Positions 1 through 12,145 of a stretch of 64,000 nucleotides of DNA are shown here, piece by piece. This stretch comes from Callorhinchus milii (lineage: Eukaryota): contig NW_024704742.1 in assembly GCF_018977255.1 (NCBI RefSeq), forward strand, positions 61,754,001 to 61,818,000, written 5' to 3'. Position numbers and translations under genes: made by a program. A model generated the notes under the pieces. It was given only the letters and a program-made list of their open reading frames with translations. It did not search any database and had not been told where the DNA came from. Position 1 is the stretch's first letter. The number at the start of each line of letters is the position of its first letter.

Positions 1-90
1 GACAAGCAGGGTATTTGCATAGTCGAGCCTGGAGGTAATGAAGGCACGAACATGAGTTTCAGCGGCCTGAGGGGTGAGGTAGTGGCAGAG
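1..90 (-). mobile_element. L2-clade LINE ORF2 fragment
   Basis: Closely similar to 58371-58460; encodes the HAFITSRLDYAN-type L2 segment. Confidence 0.85.
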
Positions 91-304
91 TTCTATCAAT
101 TCTATCAATTGTTGTTGATAGACAGGAAAGTATATTTAACTCTAAAATTAATTTCTAGCAGTGTCCTGTACTATAAGGTACAAAGCATTGCACTGTCTAA
201 TTAAAATTCACTTCCTTTTTTTGAAAATGAAGAAACAGAATTTTGTTTATATACTTTAATGAATAACTTAAATGAATAATTAACCTTTAAATCTCTCAGT
301 AGTC

Positions 305-612
305 TTGCTCCACGCTACCAATCTGGCCGCACTCTCTGCTCAGCAGACATTGGCCTGCTTCACTCACCCCACCATCGGCGGATAGGTTTTCAGTCCTGCT
401 GTCCCTGGAACTCTACCCCCAAATCCCTTTAGTACTACACCTTCCCTCACCTCCTTCATTGTGCACCTTAAGACCTTCCTCTTTGACTGCACTTTTGGCC
501 ATCTTTCCCCCACCCCTCGCCCCCATTCCAGCTGACGTACAAATCCTGGTTTGTTCAGTGACTTGAACATCCTCCAGAAGTGAAAGGTACTTTATAAATT
601 TAAATTGGTATT
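305..612 (+). mobile_element. Old L2 3' end
   Basis: PTIGG/LWN/LKTFLFD-like coding remnant followed by the L2 tail. Confidence 0.75.
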
Positions 613-739
613 GTCACAGCAGTCAACAATAATAATTGGGTTGAAATTAATTTAACAAACTGCTCAGATTTTGCTAGCATGGTTTTGGAATCTATCAGAG
701 TGTATTACTGCTCTGTTGCACACTACAATGTATTAGTTA

Positions 740-1166
740 CCCTTTATTGGTAAACTTGCCACTGAATCAGAAGCTTGTGGGTTTATGCCCATGTTAGGAT
801 TTTAAACTCGAGGTCGATAATGACACTCCAATACAATTCTGGTGGAGTGCTGCATGGTCAGCGGTACCATCCTTCAGATAAAATGTTAAACTGAGATCCA
901 GGTCTGCCTCTTCAGGTGGACATTAAATATGCCAAGGCACGATTCAAATCAAAGAGAAGGGAATTTCTTCCCGTATCCTGTCCAAAAGTCCCAAAGAAAA
1001 AATAGTTAATTCACATCATAGCTGCTTGTTGAGCCTTGCTGGTGTAAGTAAGCTACCGTGTTTGCCTACAAAAATTGTACAACACTTCTACACTTGAGAC
1101 TGAGTACCTGTGAAGCACTTGAAATGTTTCAACTTGATAAGGCATGATAATCAAATCCAAGTTATT
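740..1166 (+). mobile_element. DeuSINE-type SINE (SacSINE1/AmnSINE1-like), near full length
   Basis: tRNA-like head (tgaatcagaagcttgtgggtt), Deu-like core (gtgctgca...gtctgcctcttcaggtggac), L2-type tail. Confidence 0.75.
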
Positions 1167-1869
1167 TCCCTTTATTTTGTGTGAAAACTGATTTCAGATG
1201 CAGCCAGTACATTTTTTAGTTTCCTTTTGATAATGATGTTGGCAGCGCATTTTTTGAATATTTGCATTCATCACACGACTAACTGGAAAAATAGATCAAA
1301 AAAATCCAGCATAAGGTGACGGATACTGCAGTATGCATGGTTACAAATGCTATAAATCTGTATGTTGAGTGATTGAACTGTTAAACTGTCAGCAACATTT
1401 TCTACTACGTATTCCAGGCAGGTTGCAATGCTGATCTTACAATGTAAGATTGCAGTAGAAGATGTCCGGTAAATACATTCTTTATTTTATGTGCGCATTT
1501 TATGTGTTAGTTCCATCATTTTATCCATCTGTGAAGAAAACACCTTGAATATGCAGTGCATAGACATTCTTTGTTATACTTGAGCAAATTTTCTCTTCAA
1601 ACATATCAACTCTCAGCAGTTCAATTGAAAGGCAGTTGGGACTGCACGGGGGGTTCTATATAAAGTCCTATTTGCTTCATGAAGACCCTAAGATGCTAAT
1701 AGCATGATGTCAGAGGTCTTGCAGGACAATAACAACAACTTGCATTTATATAGCACCCTTTGCGTCTCGGAACGCAATACCTTCATACAAAGGATTAGTG
1801 CAATAAGATGGCTGGCACTAACTTGCTCTTACCATGTCACTGATTTCATCTGGTGCTAGAATTCCTGCC

Positions 1870-2240
1870 CTTCAGATTAAATGGTAAATCAAAGTCCTAT
1901 CTGCCTGGTGGACATAAAAGATCCCATGGTACTATTTAAAAAGTTATGGGAGTTTCTCCTGGAGTCCTAACTGTTGCCTCATCTGAAGGCTAGCACCTCC
2001 ATCAATGCAGTGCAGCCATAGCACTGTATTGGATTGTTGGCCCAGCTCAAGGTTCAAACCTAGAACTCAAACCCACAACATTGAGTGATACGGAATGGAA
2101 ATGGGCCATTCATCTCATCCAATATGCACTGGTACAACCTTCTGACTTGGAGGGGAGAAACCCCTTCTCTTCTCAAATAGTGCCATGGGAACTTCATGTC
2201 CACCTGAACCGGAAGAAATCGGTCTCGGTTGGGAATCCAG
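1870..2240. mobile_element. Rearranged DeuSINE fragments in both orientations
   Basis: Contains aagatcccatggtactatt, its reverse complement, and head fragments. Confidence 0.65.
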
Positions 2241-2579
2241 TTTCTGTTGTTTTTGAAAAGAACTAGCATTCAAATTAAGACTGAAGTTATGAATTCTTCA
2301 CAATTCTGCCCAATCTTAAATTTTAAGACAAAATACTAAATCAAATGGAAGGATTAGTTTTATTATTATTGCTATGTATCTGCATGTATACTGTATATAT
2401 ACTTAATGTTCACATACAAAATGCAGTCATTACGTTCTACAACAAATGCTGTGAAGCGCTTTGAGAAGTTTTCATGATGATCAGATATATTTCAAATGCA
2501 AGGATATTAATTTGTATGCTGGTTATATGAGTATGTGCGCTATTATGCTATGCCAGCCTCTTTGCTGTACATTTGCTTA

Positions 2580-2801
2580 GGGCATTATTCAAAAAGAGAA
2601 GAGAGTTTCTCCAGGTTTCCTGACCAACAATTCATTCAAAATAAAGTAATTCACTTCATGGCTATTTATGGGACACTGCTGCTGCCACATTAACTCATAA
2701 AACACATTGTCACTCCATCTTTGTAGTTATCCTGCGAAGCACTTTGGGACATCCTCCTGACGTGAAAAGCACCATTACCAAATATAAAGATCCTTATTAT
2801 T
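2580..2801 (+). mobile_element. DeuSINE 3' half
   Basis: gggacactgctg...gaagcactttgggacatcctcctgacgtgaaaagc, then (TTA)n. Confidence 0.75.
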
Positions 2802-3134
2802 ATAATAATAATCCTTCTATTTGATATAGTACCTTATCATGTTGTTGAGATGTCTCAAAGCGCTTCACAGAATATATTGTAAAGTGGAGTGACTGTGTAT
2901 TTTGTGGGCGAAACACAGCAGCAGAGCGGTGTCCCACAACTAGTTGTGGATTGGGCGACCAATTTTTTTAAGGATTATTACCGCCATTTGACTAACAATT
3001 AGGTTCCTTATTGCTAGGTAAACAGAGGCGTGTGGAGTAAGGAAACTTGACTAAGGTTTCACCCTGCCCGGGAATCAAACCCAGCTCCTCTCGCTTATGA
3101 GGCAAGCATGCTAATCACTACGCTACAAGACTCC
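2802..3134 (-). mobile_element. tRNA-headed SINE, long subfamily
   Basis: Head ggagtcttgtagcgtagtg, core tttccttactccacacgcctctgtttacctagc, (TTA)n tail. Confidence 0.85.
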
Positions 3135-3214
3135 ACATTATTATTATTATTTCCAACGTTACTTCTCCACATTATTATTATTTCCAATATTACTTCCCCA
3201 CATTATTATTATTT
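3131..3214. repeat. Short tandem repeat (~31-34 bp unit, ~2.6 copies) at a SINE 5' junction
   Basis: Unit ctccacattattatta(tta)tttccaa(c/t)(g/a)ttactt. Confidence 0.85.
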
Positions 3215-3624
3215 TAAAATCCACAGTAAAACAAGGGAAAACCTAGGGCAGGAGCCTATTAATACCCATCACTCTATTGAATTAACTGTCATGGCTGATT
3301 TAATTGCAGATTATATTGAGCTCATATATAACAGATCAAAACAAAGTATGCTGTAGAAATTGAGGGCGGATTGCTGAAATAAATTTAATCATATGCCAAA
3401 AGCTGACTATACCTCAGGGAGGTTTGTGAATTAACAACAATCTGTTATTCCTTTAGGTGTTGCCTTCTCTGGGAGCTGAGAGCAAGCTTACCTGCAGTTG
3501 TACATGTACTCCTGATAGGAATATAACTAACTTACTACAGATATATAGAATTACTCCTACTGCTTTATTTTCCAAGTCAGCAATTTTCCAGCTCTAGAAG
3601 TCCCAAGACAGCTCCACCATCCAC

Positions 3625-3870
3625 AATAATAATAATCATAATAATAGCTACCCTTACATTTATTATCTCATCTTATCACATTGTCAGGTGTCCCAAAACG
3701 CTTCACAGAATTTTACTGTGAAGTTTTGTGACTCTGTATTTGTAGGTGAACATAACAGCCAATTTACGGACAGCGATGTTCTACTAACAGCCATGAAGTG
3801 AGCAACCAATTTCACCTGGGCGATTGTTGGTTATGACACTGGGAGAAATCTGCTGCTCATCTGGAATTTG
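3625..3870 (-). mobile_element. DeuSINE 3' half
   Basis: Reverse-complement tail and Deu-like segment. Confidence 0.7.
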
Positions 3871-3939
3871 GCCACTCAAGTCCTTTTTACCTGCATGCCC
3901 ATCGCAGATGCAGAAAGCAGGAATAGAACCATCGCCGTT

Positions 3940-4140
3940 CACCTACATGGCGAGTATTTCCTTCCTAAGATCAGCTGCCCATAACTGAGCATAGTACTCC
4001 AGATGAAGTCTGGCCAGTGCTATACATAACTGGAGAAGCACCTCCTTACTTTTATTTTCCAGATCTCTTTTAATAAATCCCAGCGTCCCATTTGCTTTCT
4101 GAACTTGTAAATTAAATATTTCATTGTCCATGAACTTGAA
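3940..4140 (-). mobile_element. CR1 LINE ORF2 fragment
   Basis: KANGTLGFIKRDLENKSKEVLLQL...LARLHLEYYAQLW. Confidence 0.85.
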
Positions 4141-5035
4141 CCTCACTTTGCGACCCCCAGTCCCCTGATGTTCGGTCAGCCTGCCTGTCAGACATCAGAA
4201 GCTGGATGAGCGCGAATTTCCTTCAGCTAAATGTTGATAAGACGGAAGCCATACTCTTTGGCTCTCGTCAACATCTAAAATCACATGGTTTTCACCTCCT
4301 CCACCTACCCGACCTACCCCTAAAACTCTTCAAACCTGTACGCAACCTAGGGATCAGGTTCGACCCCCAATTATCCTTCCTCTTCCACATCCGGTCCCTC
4401 ACCAGCACCGCTTTCTTCCACCTCCGACGCATCGCCCATCTCTGCCAATATCTCACTCCAAAAGCCGCTGAAGCCCTGGTCCATGCCTTTGTCACCTCTC
4501 GGCTGGATTATCCTCACCAGCCTCCCCTCCACTACCATCCATAAAATCCGGGTCATCCAAAACTCAATATGTTGCCCGCATTCTTACCCGCACTAAACTC
4601 CTCCCTGATTACCCCAGTCCTTGCCAGACTGTACTGGCTGCCTGTCCCAGAGAGGATCGACTTCAAGGTCCTCACTCTTGTCTTCAAATCCCTCAACTTC
4701 TCTGCACCCCCCTACCTCTCTCCTCCTCTCTCCTCATAACAGTGCCCGTTGCCTTTGCTTCACTGGGTCTGGCCTCCTCCTTGTCCCCCGAATCCTCCGC
4801 TCCACCATCGGTGGCCATGCCTTCAGCCACTACGCCCCGAGGCTCTGGAACTCCCTTCCTCACTCCCTTCGCCTTGCTCCCTCTCTTCCTATTTTCAGGT
4901 CTCAGCTGAAGACCTTTCTTTTCGACCGCGCCTTTGGTCACCTTCCTCTCCCTCCCCCGGCTCGGCCCTGAGATCCGTTACTGTGAAGCGCTCTGAGACG
5001 CCGTCCAGCGTGGAGGGCGCTATATAAATCCAAGT
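4141..5035 (+). mobile_element. L2 LINE (family B), 5'-truncated
   Basis: WMSANFLQLNVDKTEAILFGS...HAFVTSRLDY...APRLWNSLP; frameshifted; tail gcgctctgagacgccgtccagcgtggagggcgc. Confidence 0.95.
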
Positions 5036-5342
5036 CTCTCTTCTCACCTGCCCCTCCTAATGCTTCCTCATTTAAAACACACTCTCAACTACTATTATTC
5101 CATCAAAACCACACGTATACTACTTTACACTTTGCACGGTTAAACTCCAATGTGGGAAGTAAACCCACAACCTTCTGCCTCAGAGGTAAGAGTCTTACCA
5201 CCTGAGCCAGGCTGGTATACAAATTCCAGGTGAGGGAATGGCTGGACTGGATTTCATTGGAAAGATACACAAGGTTTGGTTTAAGTATTAGAACTGGAGT
5301 TCTGAAACTGCATACCAATCACACCTTTATTTTCTTTGCCAC

Positions 5343-5690
5343 TTTATAACATTTATGATCCTGACTGCTGTGTTTGGTGATGGAAGAGGGAGAACCAGAA
5401 AGACCAGGATAAGATTTGAATACATATGGGAATACTGTTTTACAGTATTATAGACTGAGATAGGAAGAACACTACTTATGGTCTTTGGGGAGTGTGGGAG
5501 AGACTGGTATTGCTGACAATACTGTAAAACATTGTTGTTGCTACTGTTCTACATGTGATTTGAAACCTTCATTCAAATTGTGGTGAGATTTTACTACACA
5601 TTCCCATATGTATTCAAATCTTATCCTGGTCTTTCTGGTTCTCCCTCTTCCATCACCAAACACAGCAGTCAGGATCATAAATGTTATAAA
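5343..5690. repeat. Perfect 91-bp inverted repeat (arms 5343-5433 and 5600-5690)
   Basis: The arms read as exact reverse complements; 166-bp spacer. Confidence 0.95.
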
Positions 5691-5809
5691 TGTTGCTGAC
5701 AATACCAGTTTTTTTTATTTGACTTTGTGTTTTCTAGAATTGATGATAGGGCAGATGAAATAAATCAGATATCACATCAGAAATAACAGATCCCATATGA
5801 CGCAACTTG

Positions 5810-6010
5810 AAAAGAGAACAAGTTTCTCTCATGGACCTGGAGAATCATCTTTCAGAAAAAAACTGATATCATACCTTGGTTTAATTTCTCACCTGAAGGA
5901 ACGCACCTCCAACAACATGACACACTGCAGCGATGTATTGGACATCAGTCTAGACTAAGTGCTGTTGTGGGGCTTCAATTCACAACCTTTTGACTCAGAG
6001 ATGAGAGGTG
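5810..6010 (-). mobile_element. DeuSINE 5' half
   Basis: cacaaccttttgactcagag head plus Deu-like core. Confidence 0.65.
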
Positions 6011-6226
6011 TAAATGTCTCTAGCATATTCCCCTTCCAGCTTCTCTGCTCACATCCCACCAGGGATTCAAATATAAAATGTAGAAAATAAATTAAACTTA
6101 AAATTAAATATTTTCTAATCAAAGATAGTAGCTATTCATCCAACAGCTGACATTATGCAAGGAAACTGAAACAATAAAGCATGTTGCACATTAAAGTGCT
6201 AGAGGAGGATTGATAGGCAGAATCCT

Positions 6227-6546
6227 TAATAATAATAATAATAATCCTTGCATTTGATATAGCGCTTTTCACGTCGGGAGGACGTCCCAAAGCGCTTCAC
6301 AGAACACACTGTAAAGTGAATTGACTGTATATTTGTGGGCGATCGCGGCAGCCAATTGCGCACAGCAATGTCCCACAAACAGTCGAAGATTGAAAATGAC
6401 CAATTTATTATTGTTTTTGGTTTTGGAGGGATTATTATTAGGTGTGTGGAGTAAGGAGACTTGCCCAAGGTTTCGCCCTGCCTGGAATTGAACTCAGGTC
6501 TCTCACTTGCAAAGCGAGTGCTCTAACCATTGCGCCACAGGACTCC
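6227..6546 (-). mobile_element. tRNA-headed SINE, short (young) subfamily, full length
   Basis: Nearly identical to 43322-43650; TSD gaatcct at 6220-6226 and 6547-6553. Confidence 0.95.
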
Positions 6547-6674
6547 GAATCCTATTCCTACACTCCTGTATTCTACAAAGAACATTCTGTTCCTTTATAC
6601 ATCAAATCCAGGATTAAAGGGACATGCTCAGTTGAATTGGATCAAATTGGAAGTTCTGCAAATGAATTATAACT

Positions 6675-7038
6675 AATAATAATAAATAATTCTTGCATTT
6701 GATGTAGCAACTTATCCGTCTTTGCGAAATCTCAAAGCACTTCACAGAATATACTGGAAAGTGAATTGACTGTATATTTTGTGGGCCAAATGCCACAGCC
6801 TATTGCGCACAGCAATGTCCCACAAACAGTCGTGGACTGAGTGACCATGTTTTAAAAAGATTATTACCTCCAGAAAAGCGATCCGCCAATCGAATAACAA
6901 CAGGATTCCTATTTACTGCTAGGTAAACAGAGACGAGTGGAGTAAGGAAACTTGCCCATTGTTTCATCCTACTGGGAATCAAACACATGTCGTCTCATTT
7001 GTGAGACAAGTGCTCTAACCACTAAGCTACAAGACGCC
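6675..7038 (-). mobile_element. tRNA-headed SINE, long subfamily, full length
   Basis: Head, core with tgtttacctagcagtaaataggaatcc, (TTA)n tail. Confidence 0.9.
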
Positions 7039-7899
7039 ACTATTTTCCTGATTATCTATTAGCAACACGGCTAGAACTTATCAGTTAAAATCTTTTACCT
7101 TGTTAAAATTTCCGACTGATGACAAAACTGCCACTCAGATTGCAAAATATTGGCTCTTTATTGTTCAAAAGCTTAGTACAAGTCAGACTTCTCCCTGAAT
7201 TGCAAAATGCTAAGTGTTGCCTCTGAACTGTACAGTACAATAAAAGGTTAAAATATTTGCATAGGATTTTTAGTTCATGTATGTACGTCACAGCCTGTGT
7301 GTTGTTGGTACTTGCATTGCTACACTGTTTGTTTTATTGGGAACATTGGTTCACTTTTGACTTCCTGTGACATGCTGAGTCACCTACGGAGAAGCTATCT
7401 CAATTCTGACTGTCCAGCTCTGCTGCGGACTTAAATTTCTCAGCTCTCACTCTCTACCTCTCCATCTCAACGTCAAATAATTAAGCACACAAAAGGTAAA
7501 TATGCTGTTCTGCACAATGCTTCCACAACTGTCCATAGTGTCTTTTGTTTTGTACTTAATACACACCACGCGGATACATACATTTTCAGTATGGCTGCTG
7601 AACTGTCCAAATATTTAAAAATGAAAAATGATTTATAATATAATAATCCTTGTAGTTGATCTGGCTCAGCTTGGCTCAGTTGGTAGCACTCTTGATTCTG
7701 AGTCAGAAGGTAATGGGTTGCCATGTTGGCACTTTGAACTGATATTGTCTACTCAACAACAACAGTAACAATAACAACTTGTATTTGTATGGTATCCCTC
7801 AATCCACCGTAGCACCTCGAGCACAGTGACACTCCATTGTAGTGCTGAATTATTACAGGTGACATCTTCCCAATGTGAAAGGTACTATCATCTAAGTAT

Positions 7900-8380
7900 T
7901 ATTATTGGTATAGTCCCTATGTGGTCAAAATATCACAAAGCACTTCACAGGGAATCACTGTAAAGTGTAGTGACTGTGTATTTTACAAAGCCAATTTGCA
8001 GCAAAGTCCCACAAACAGCCATGGAATGAGCGACCAATTTTATTGGTCACGTCGGGATGTCCTCCCGACGTGAAAGGCGTTATACAAATGTAATCGTGTT
8101 GTTGTTGTTGTTGTATTTGAGGATTGTTGGCCAGGATACTGGGAGAAATTCCCTTCTCTTTTCAAATAGCTCCATAGGATCATTAAAGTCCACCTGAATA
8201 GTTCACTGTGTCATCAATTTACTGTCTTCTCTGAAGGATGACACTACTGACAATTCAATGCACCATCAAAGTATCGGAGTGTCAGAATAGACTATATGGG
8301 TTCAAAGTACCAAGGTGGGACTTGAACCCACAACCTTCTGACTCAAAGGCGAGAGTGCTGTCAACCAAGGCAGGCTGACG
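7900..8380 (-). mobile_element. DeuSINE interrupted by an L2 tail (+, ~8068-8113)
   Basis: SINE pieces flank gggatgtcctcccgacgtgaaaggcg...(TTG)n. Confidence 0.75.
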
Positions 8381-8462
8381 ATAATTTGGGGGGATGGGAT
8401 GACAGTTGATGACACTGCAAAATAAGTGTTAATTAATCATGTGCTTTGTTCAATTTATTCAG

Positions 8463-8539
8463 GTTTCTTACCAGCAGCACATGCTCCAGTGTACACGGCT
8501 TCAAAACATGGGGTGGTTGGTTTCACCAGATCACTTGCT
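8463..8539 (+). CDS. HPGD: HPGD-family exon (equivalent to human exon 5), carrying the catalytic YxxxK motif
   Basis: Acceptor tttattcag| and donor |gtaagt; 77 nt. Translates (G)FLPAAHAPVYTASKHGVVGFTRSLA, matching human [26 protein letters not shown]. Could be a tandem HPGD-like paralog. Confidence 0.95.
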
Positions 8540-8984
8540 GTAAGTATATGAATGAGAGCTGAATACTTGATAATCTTGACACCGGTTGATTCTGTAATAT
8601 TATTCAAATCAATGTTCATCTCACAGTGATCTCCAACAGCCAGCTACAAATATGAAATTGCTCTAATGCCCAGGAGCTCTCCTCTAACAGTAATTTTAGA
8701 CACAGGCTCTTCCAGGACCTCTCGATTTCAAGATCCTCACACGTGTCTACAATTCCCTTCATGCCCTGGCACCTCCCTACCTCTCTTACCTGCTTACTTC
8801 ACACTCCATCACCCTCTGAGTCAGAGAACATGGTAGAGACTTAGATTGTAGTCATTTGATAAGCAAAAACAAGGAAATTACTGTCTGAAACATTTCATAG
8901 TTCCAGAATTTTTCCTTTGTAGATTAGAGTTAAGACTGAATATCGCCAGTGTCCTTGATACAAATATATATAGTGCAGGTTGAC

Positions 8985-9312
8985 ATTATCAGTACAGTTC
9001 TGGGTGTGCTCTGTATTGTTGGAGGCACTATCTTTTGAATGAGACATCAAACCATAGTTCTGTTTGCTTGTTTGGCTACACATTAAAAAGAACATGACAC
9101 TGTCCCAAAAAAGAATGGAGATTCTCTGTGTACTGGCCAACAGTCCCCCAGATAAAATTGGTCATTCACCTCATGGCTGTTTATGGGATCTTGCTGTGTA
9201 CAGATTAGAAGTCACGTTTGCTTACAAATACAGACTAGACTGGAAAGCAATTCCCTGTGAAGCATTTTGATATTGTAGGCACTGTATAAAATGCAAAGAT
9301 TATTATTATAAT
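8985..9312 (+). mobile_element. DeuSINE
   Basis: Deu-like core and (TTA)n tail. Confidence 0.7.
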
Positions 9313-9639
9313 GATTTTAGTGGTTTTAGCTTGCAATTCAAGGCCAGATCTAACTATATAATTATCACACGAGCCGGGGGTGGAGGGTGGTCGGGGTGGA
9401 AGCGAAATGTACCAATGTTGGTGACAAGCAATGGGAACTGTACTGTTCCATTTTTGACTGCTAACATTCATCAAGTTGACATTCTCAAAGAGATTGCCCC
9501 GGCAGGATCTGCACTGTCAATTTGATGAGGTTTTAGAGATTTTAATTACAATGTACAGCTCCTTTGAGTGACTTCACAGTTGCGCAGTCATCCATTCAGT
9601 TGTTTCAAACATTTGAATACTGAAATATTGCCATGCAAA

Positions 9640-10050
9640 GCTAACATTTCTGTAATGTGCTCATGAAAGAATCTGGAACATTTGCATTCATCACTTTCTG
9701 GAAGAGCAGTAAAAATGAAGCTCACAAACCTACAGCTAGTGAAGGCTGTTAAAAGGGTAAACGGGATTCTGGATTTTATGTGCACAGCCACTAAATCAAA
9801 AGTAAGGACATGATGATGAATTTTTATCAGAGTGTGGTGGCAATATCGAAGATGAGAAGAGAGTTTCTCCTGGGCTCCTGGCCAACAATCCCCCAAAATA
9901 AAATTTTTCATACACTTCATGGCTGTTTGTAGGACATTCCTGTGTGTGAATTGGCTACTACATTCCCTTACAAATCAACAATCATTACAAATCACAGTAA
10001 AATCCTGTGAGGCACTTTGAGACAACTCAACAACGTGATAAGATGCTATA
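9640..10050 (+). mobile_element. Old CR1 fragment followed by a DeuSINE 3' half
   Basis: gctgttaaaagggtaaacgggattctggatttt (AVKRVNGILDF-like), then SINE. The SINE tail resumes at ~10611 after the CR1 insertion. Confidence 0.6.
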
Positions 10051-10606
10051 TAGAATCATAGAATTTTAAAGCACAGGAGACGATTCGGCCCATCATGCCT
10101 GTGCTGGCTCTTTGAAACAGCCACAAACTAGTCCCACTCCCCCTCTCTTACCCCCATAGCTCTGCAATTTGTTTCTTTTTTGAAATCTCTTATCGAATCT
10201 GCTTCCACCACCCTTTCAGGCAATACATTCCAAACTGTAACAACTCACTGGGTAAAAAAAATTCTCCTCGCCTCTCCTCTGGTTCTTTTGCTAATTATTT
10301 GGATTCTGTGTCCTCTGGTTACCAAGCCACCCGCCAGTGAAAACAGTTTCTTCCTCTAATACTCTAACAAAACCCCTCATAATTTTGAACACCTCTATTA
10401 AATCTCCCCTTTACCTTCTATGCTCCAATAAGAATAATCCCAGCCTCTCTAGTCTCCCCACATAATTGTAGTCCCTCATCTTTGGTATAAGTCTTGTAAA
10501 TCTTCTCTGCACCCTCTCCAAGGCCCTTACATCCTTCCTAAAATGTGGTGCCCAGAATTGGACACAATACTTCAGCTGAGGCCTAACCAGCAATTTGTAA
10601 AGGTTC
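10051..10606 (-). mobile_element. CR1 LINE 3' portion
   Basis: NLYKLLVRPQLKYCVQFWAPHFRKDVRALERVQRRFTR; ttctatgattcta tail. Confidence 0.95.
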
Positions 10607-10689
10607 AAATTTTAAATGCAAAGATTATTATATTGTTATAACCTGCTCCAGTTGTTAATTGCAATCTTATTAAATAAATATTTTCTGAT

Positions 10690-11010
10690 ATCTGCTCTGA
10701 AATTGCCCTTTTCAATTCCAAACCTGTGTCCTCTTGTTCTGCTGTCTCAGTGCATCCAAAAATATTGTTCAAAATTTACTTTCTCAATTTAATTTTAAAA
10801 TCTTATATGCCCTTATATGTTTTGACATGTCTTTTCAAGAGTGAAGAACCCTACCTTGTCTAATCATTGCGTATAATTAATCCACTAACACTGGAGATCA
10901 TCCTTGATGTTCCTCTGTGCACGGTCTCTAGGGATTGGGTAGCCCAATGGCATGGAAGCAAACCTATACCCAGTTGTCCAGGTGAGGCCTGACCAGAGCT
11001 TTACACTGTA
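10690..11010 (-). mobile_element. Old CR1 fragment
   Basis: ccaggtgaggcctgaccagagc (LVRPHLD) and gtgtcctcttgttc (RTRGH) motifs. Confidence 0.65.
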
Positions 11011-11789
11011 ATTTTGGTCTGCACCAGGAGCTTAAAGTCAAATAATAAGGTTTGGCCCAAAAGAGTGAGTGCCATTAATAAAACTGTTGATACATAAGAT
11101 GGTAATGGAAATTCTGGGGTCGTGAGTTCAGGATTAAGGGAACTGAAAAGGATTCAAAACAGAACTCAAAAGTAAAGAGGAAGGAAAAAAATAACTATTT
11201 TAGAATCTCTTTCAGAGATGCAGGAAGAAAATGCAGCTTTGATAGATGAATAAGTCGAAAATGCAGAAACCAATATCCATATCCGCTACTCTTTATAATC
11301 GTGGTGATATACTGCTCTCTGTTACTCAGTCATTCATTTAGTTTCCAAATAGCCTTTGTATCACTGCTGAAGATGTTAATGTATTTCTGTTTGCATGCAA
11401 ATGTATTGGATAGCGAGGGGATGAGGTGCAAAGGAAGGGGTGAGAAGGAAGGGTCTCGAACATTTTAGTGTGGGTGGGATTGCGAATTGTTCCACCAATT
11501 TCACCAGTGAATTTTGATGTTCCTCGTATGATTTACACTGGTCTTGCGATATTTTCTGCTCAGAAGATTTATCTTATGATGCTGTTCCTTTAATAATAAT
11601 ACTCTTTACATTTGATACCGCCCCTTTCACATGAGGAGTTTTGACAACATCTCAAAGCGCAAAACTAGTTTTCATTAGAGAAATAAAAGTCTTTTTTTTN
11701 GCATGCCATGCATACATAAATAATAATAATTCAATATAGTGCCTTATTATGTTGTTTCAAACAACTTCACATGCTTTGCTGTGATCCTT

Positions 11790-12080
11790 CATAATAATAA
11801 TCCTTGCATTTGTTAAAGCGCCTTATCACGTCTTTGAGATGTCTCAAAGTGCTGGATTGAGTGACCAAATCATTTGTTTATTTTTTTGATGAAGGGATTA
11901 TTACCCCCAAAAAAGCAACCTGACAATCGACTAACAACTGACCGGGTTACTATTTAATGCTAGGTAAACCGAGGCGTGTGGAGTAAGGAAAATCACCTAA
12001 TGTTTCACCAAGCCCGGGAATCGAACCTGGATCTACTTGCTTGCGAGGCGAGCAAGCTAAGCAATACGTTACAAGGCTCC
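11790..12080 (-). mobile_element. tRNA-headed SINE, long subfamily, internally deleted
   Basis: Head, core and tail present; part of the Deu-like segment is missing. Confidence 0.85.
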
Positions 12081-12090
12081 ATGGTTTAAA

Positions 12091-12145
12091 CATGGTGATG
12101 GGTTTCCGTATATGTCAGACACTAGGCTGACCAAAAAAGAAAACT
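12091..12145. mobile_element. Unclassified repeat family X, terminal fragment
   Basis: ggtgatgggtttccgtatatgtcagacactaggctgaccaaaaaa; related copies elsewhere in the window. Confidence 0.75.

Noticed and set aside
1..8462. Search for HPGD exon 4 (GGxGGxIINxSSxAG)
   Set aside because: Not found by eye; presumed to lie upstream of the window.
11700..11700. Single N bases (also 48281) following T runs
   Set aside because: Assembly ambiguity or gap placeholders, not biology; local distances may be unreliable.
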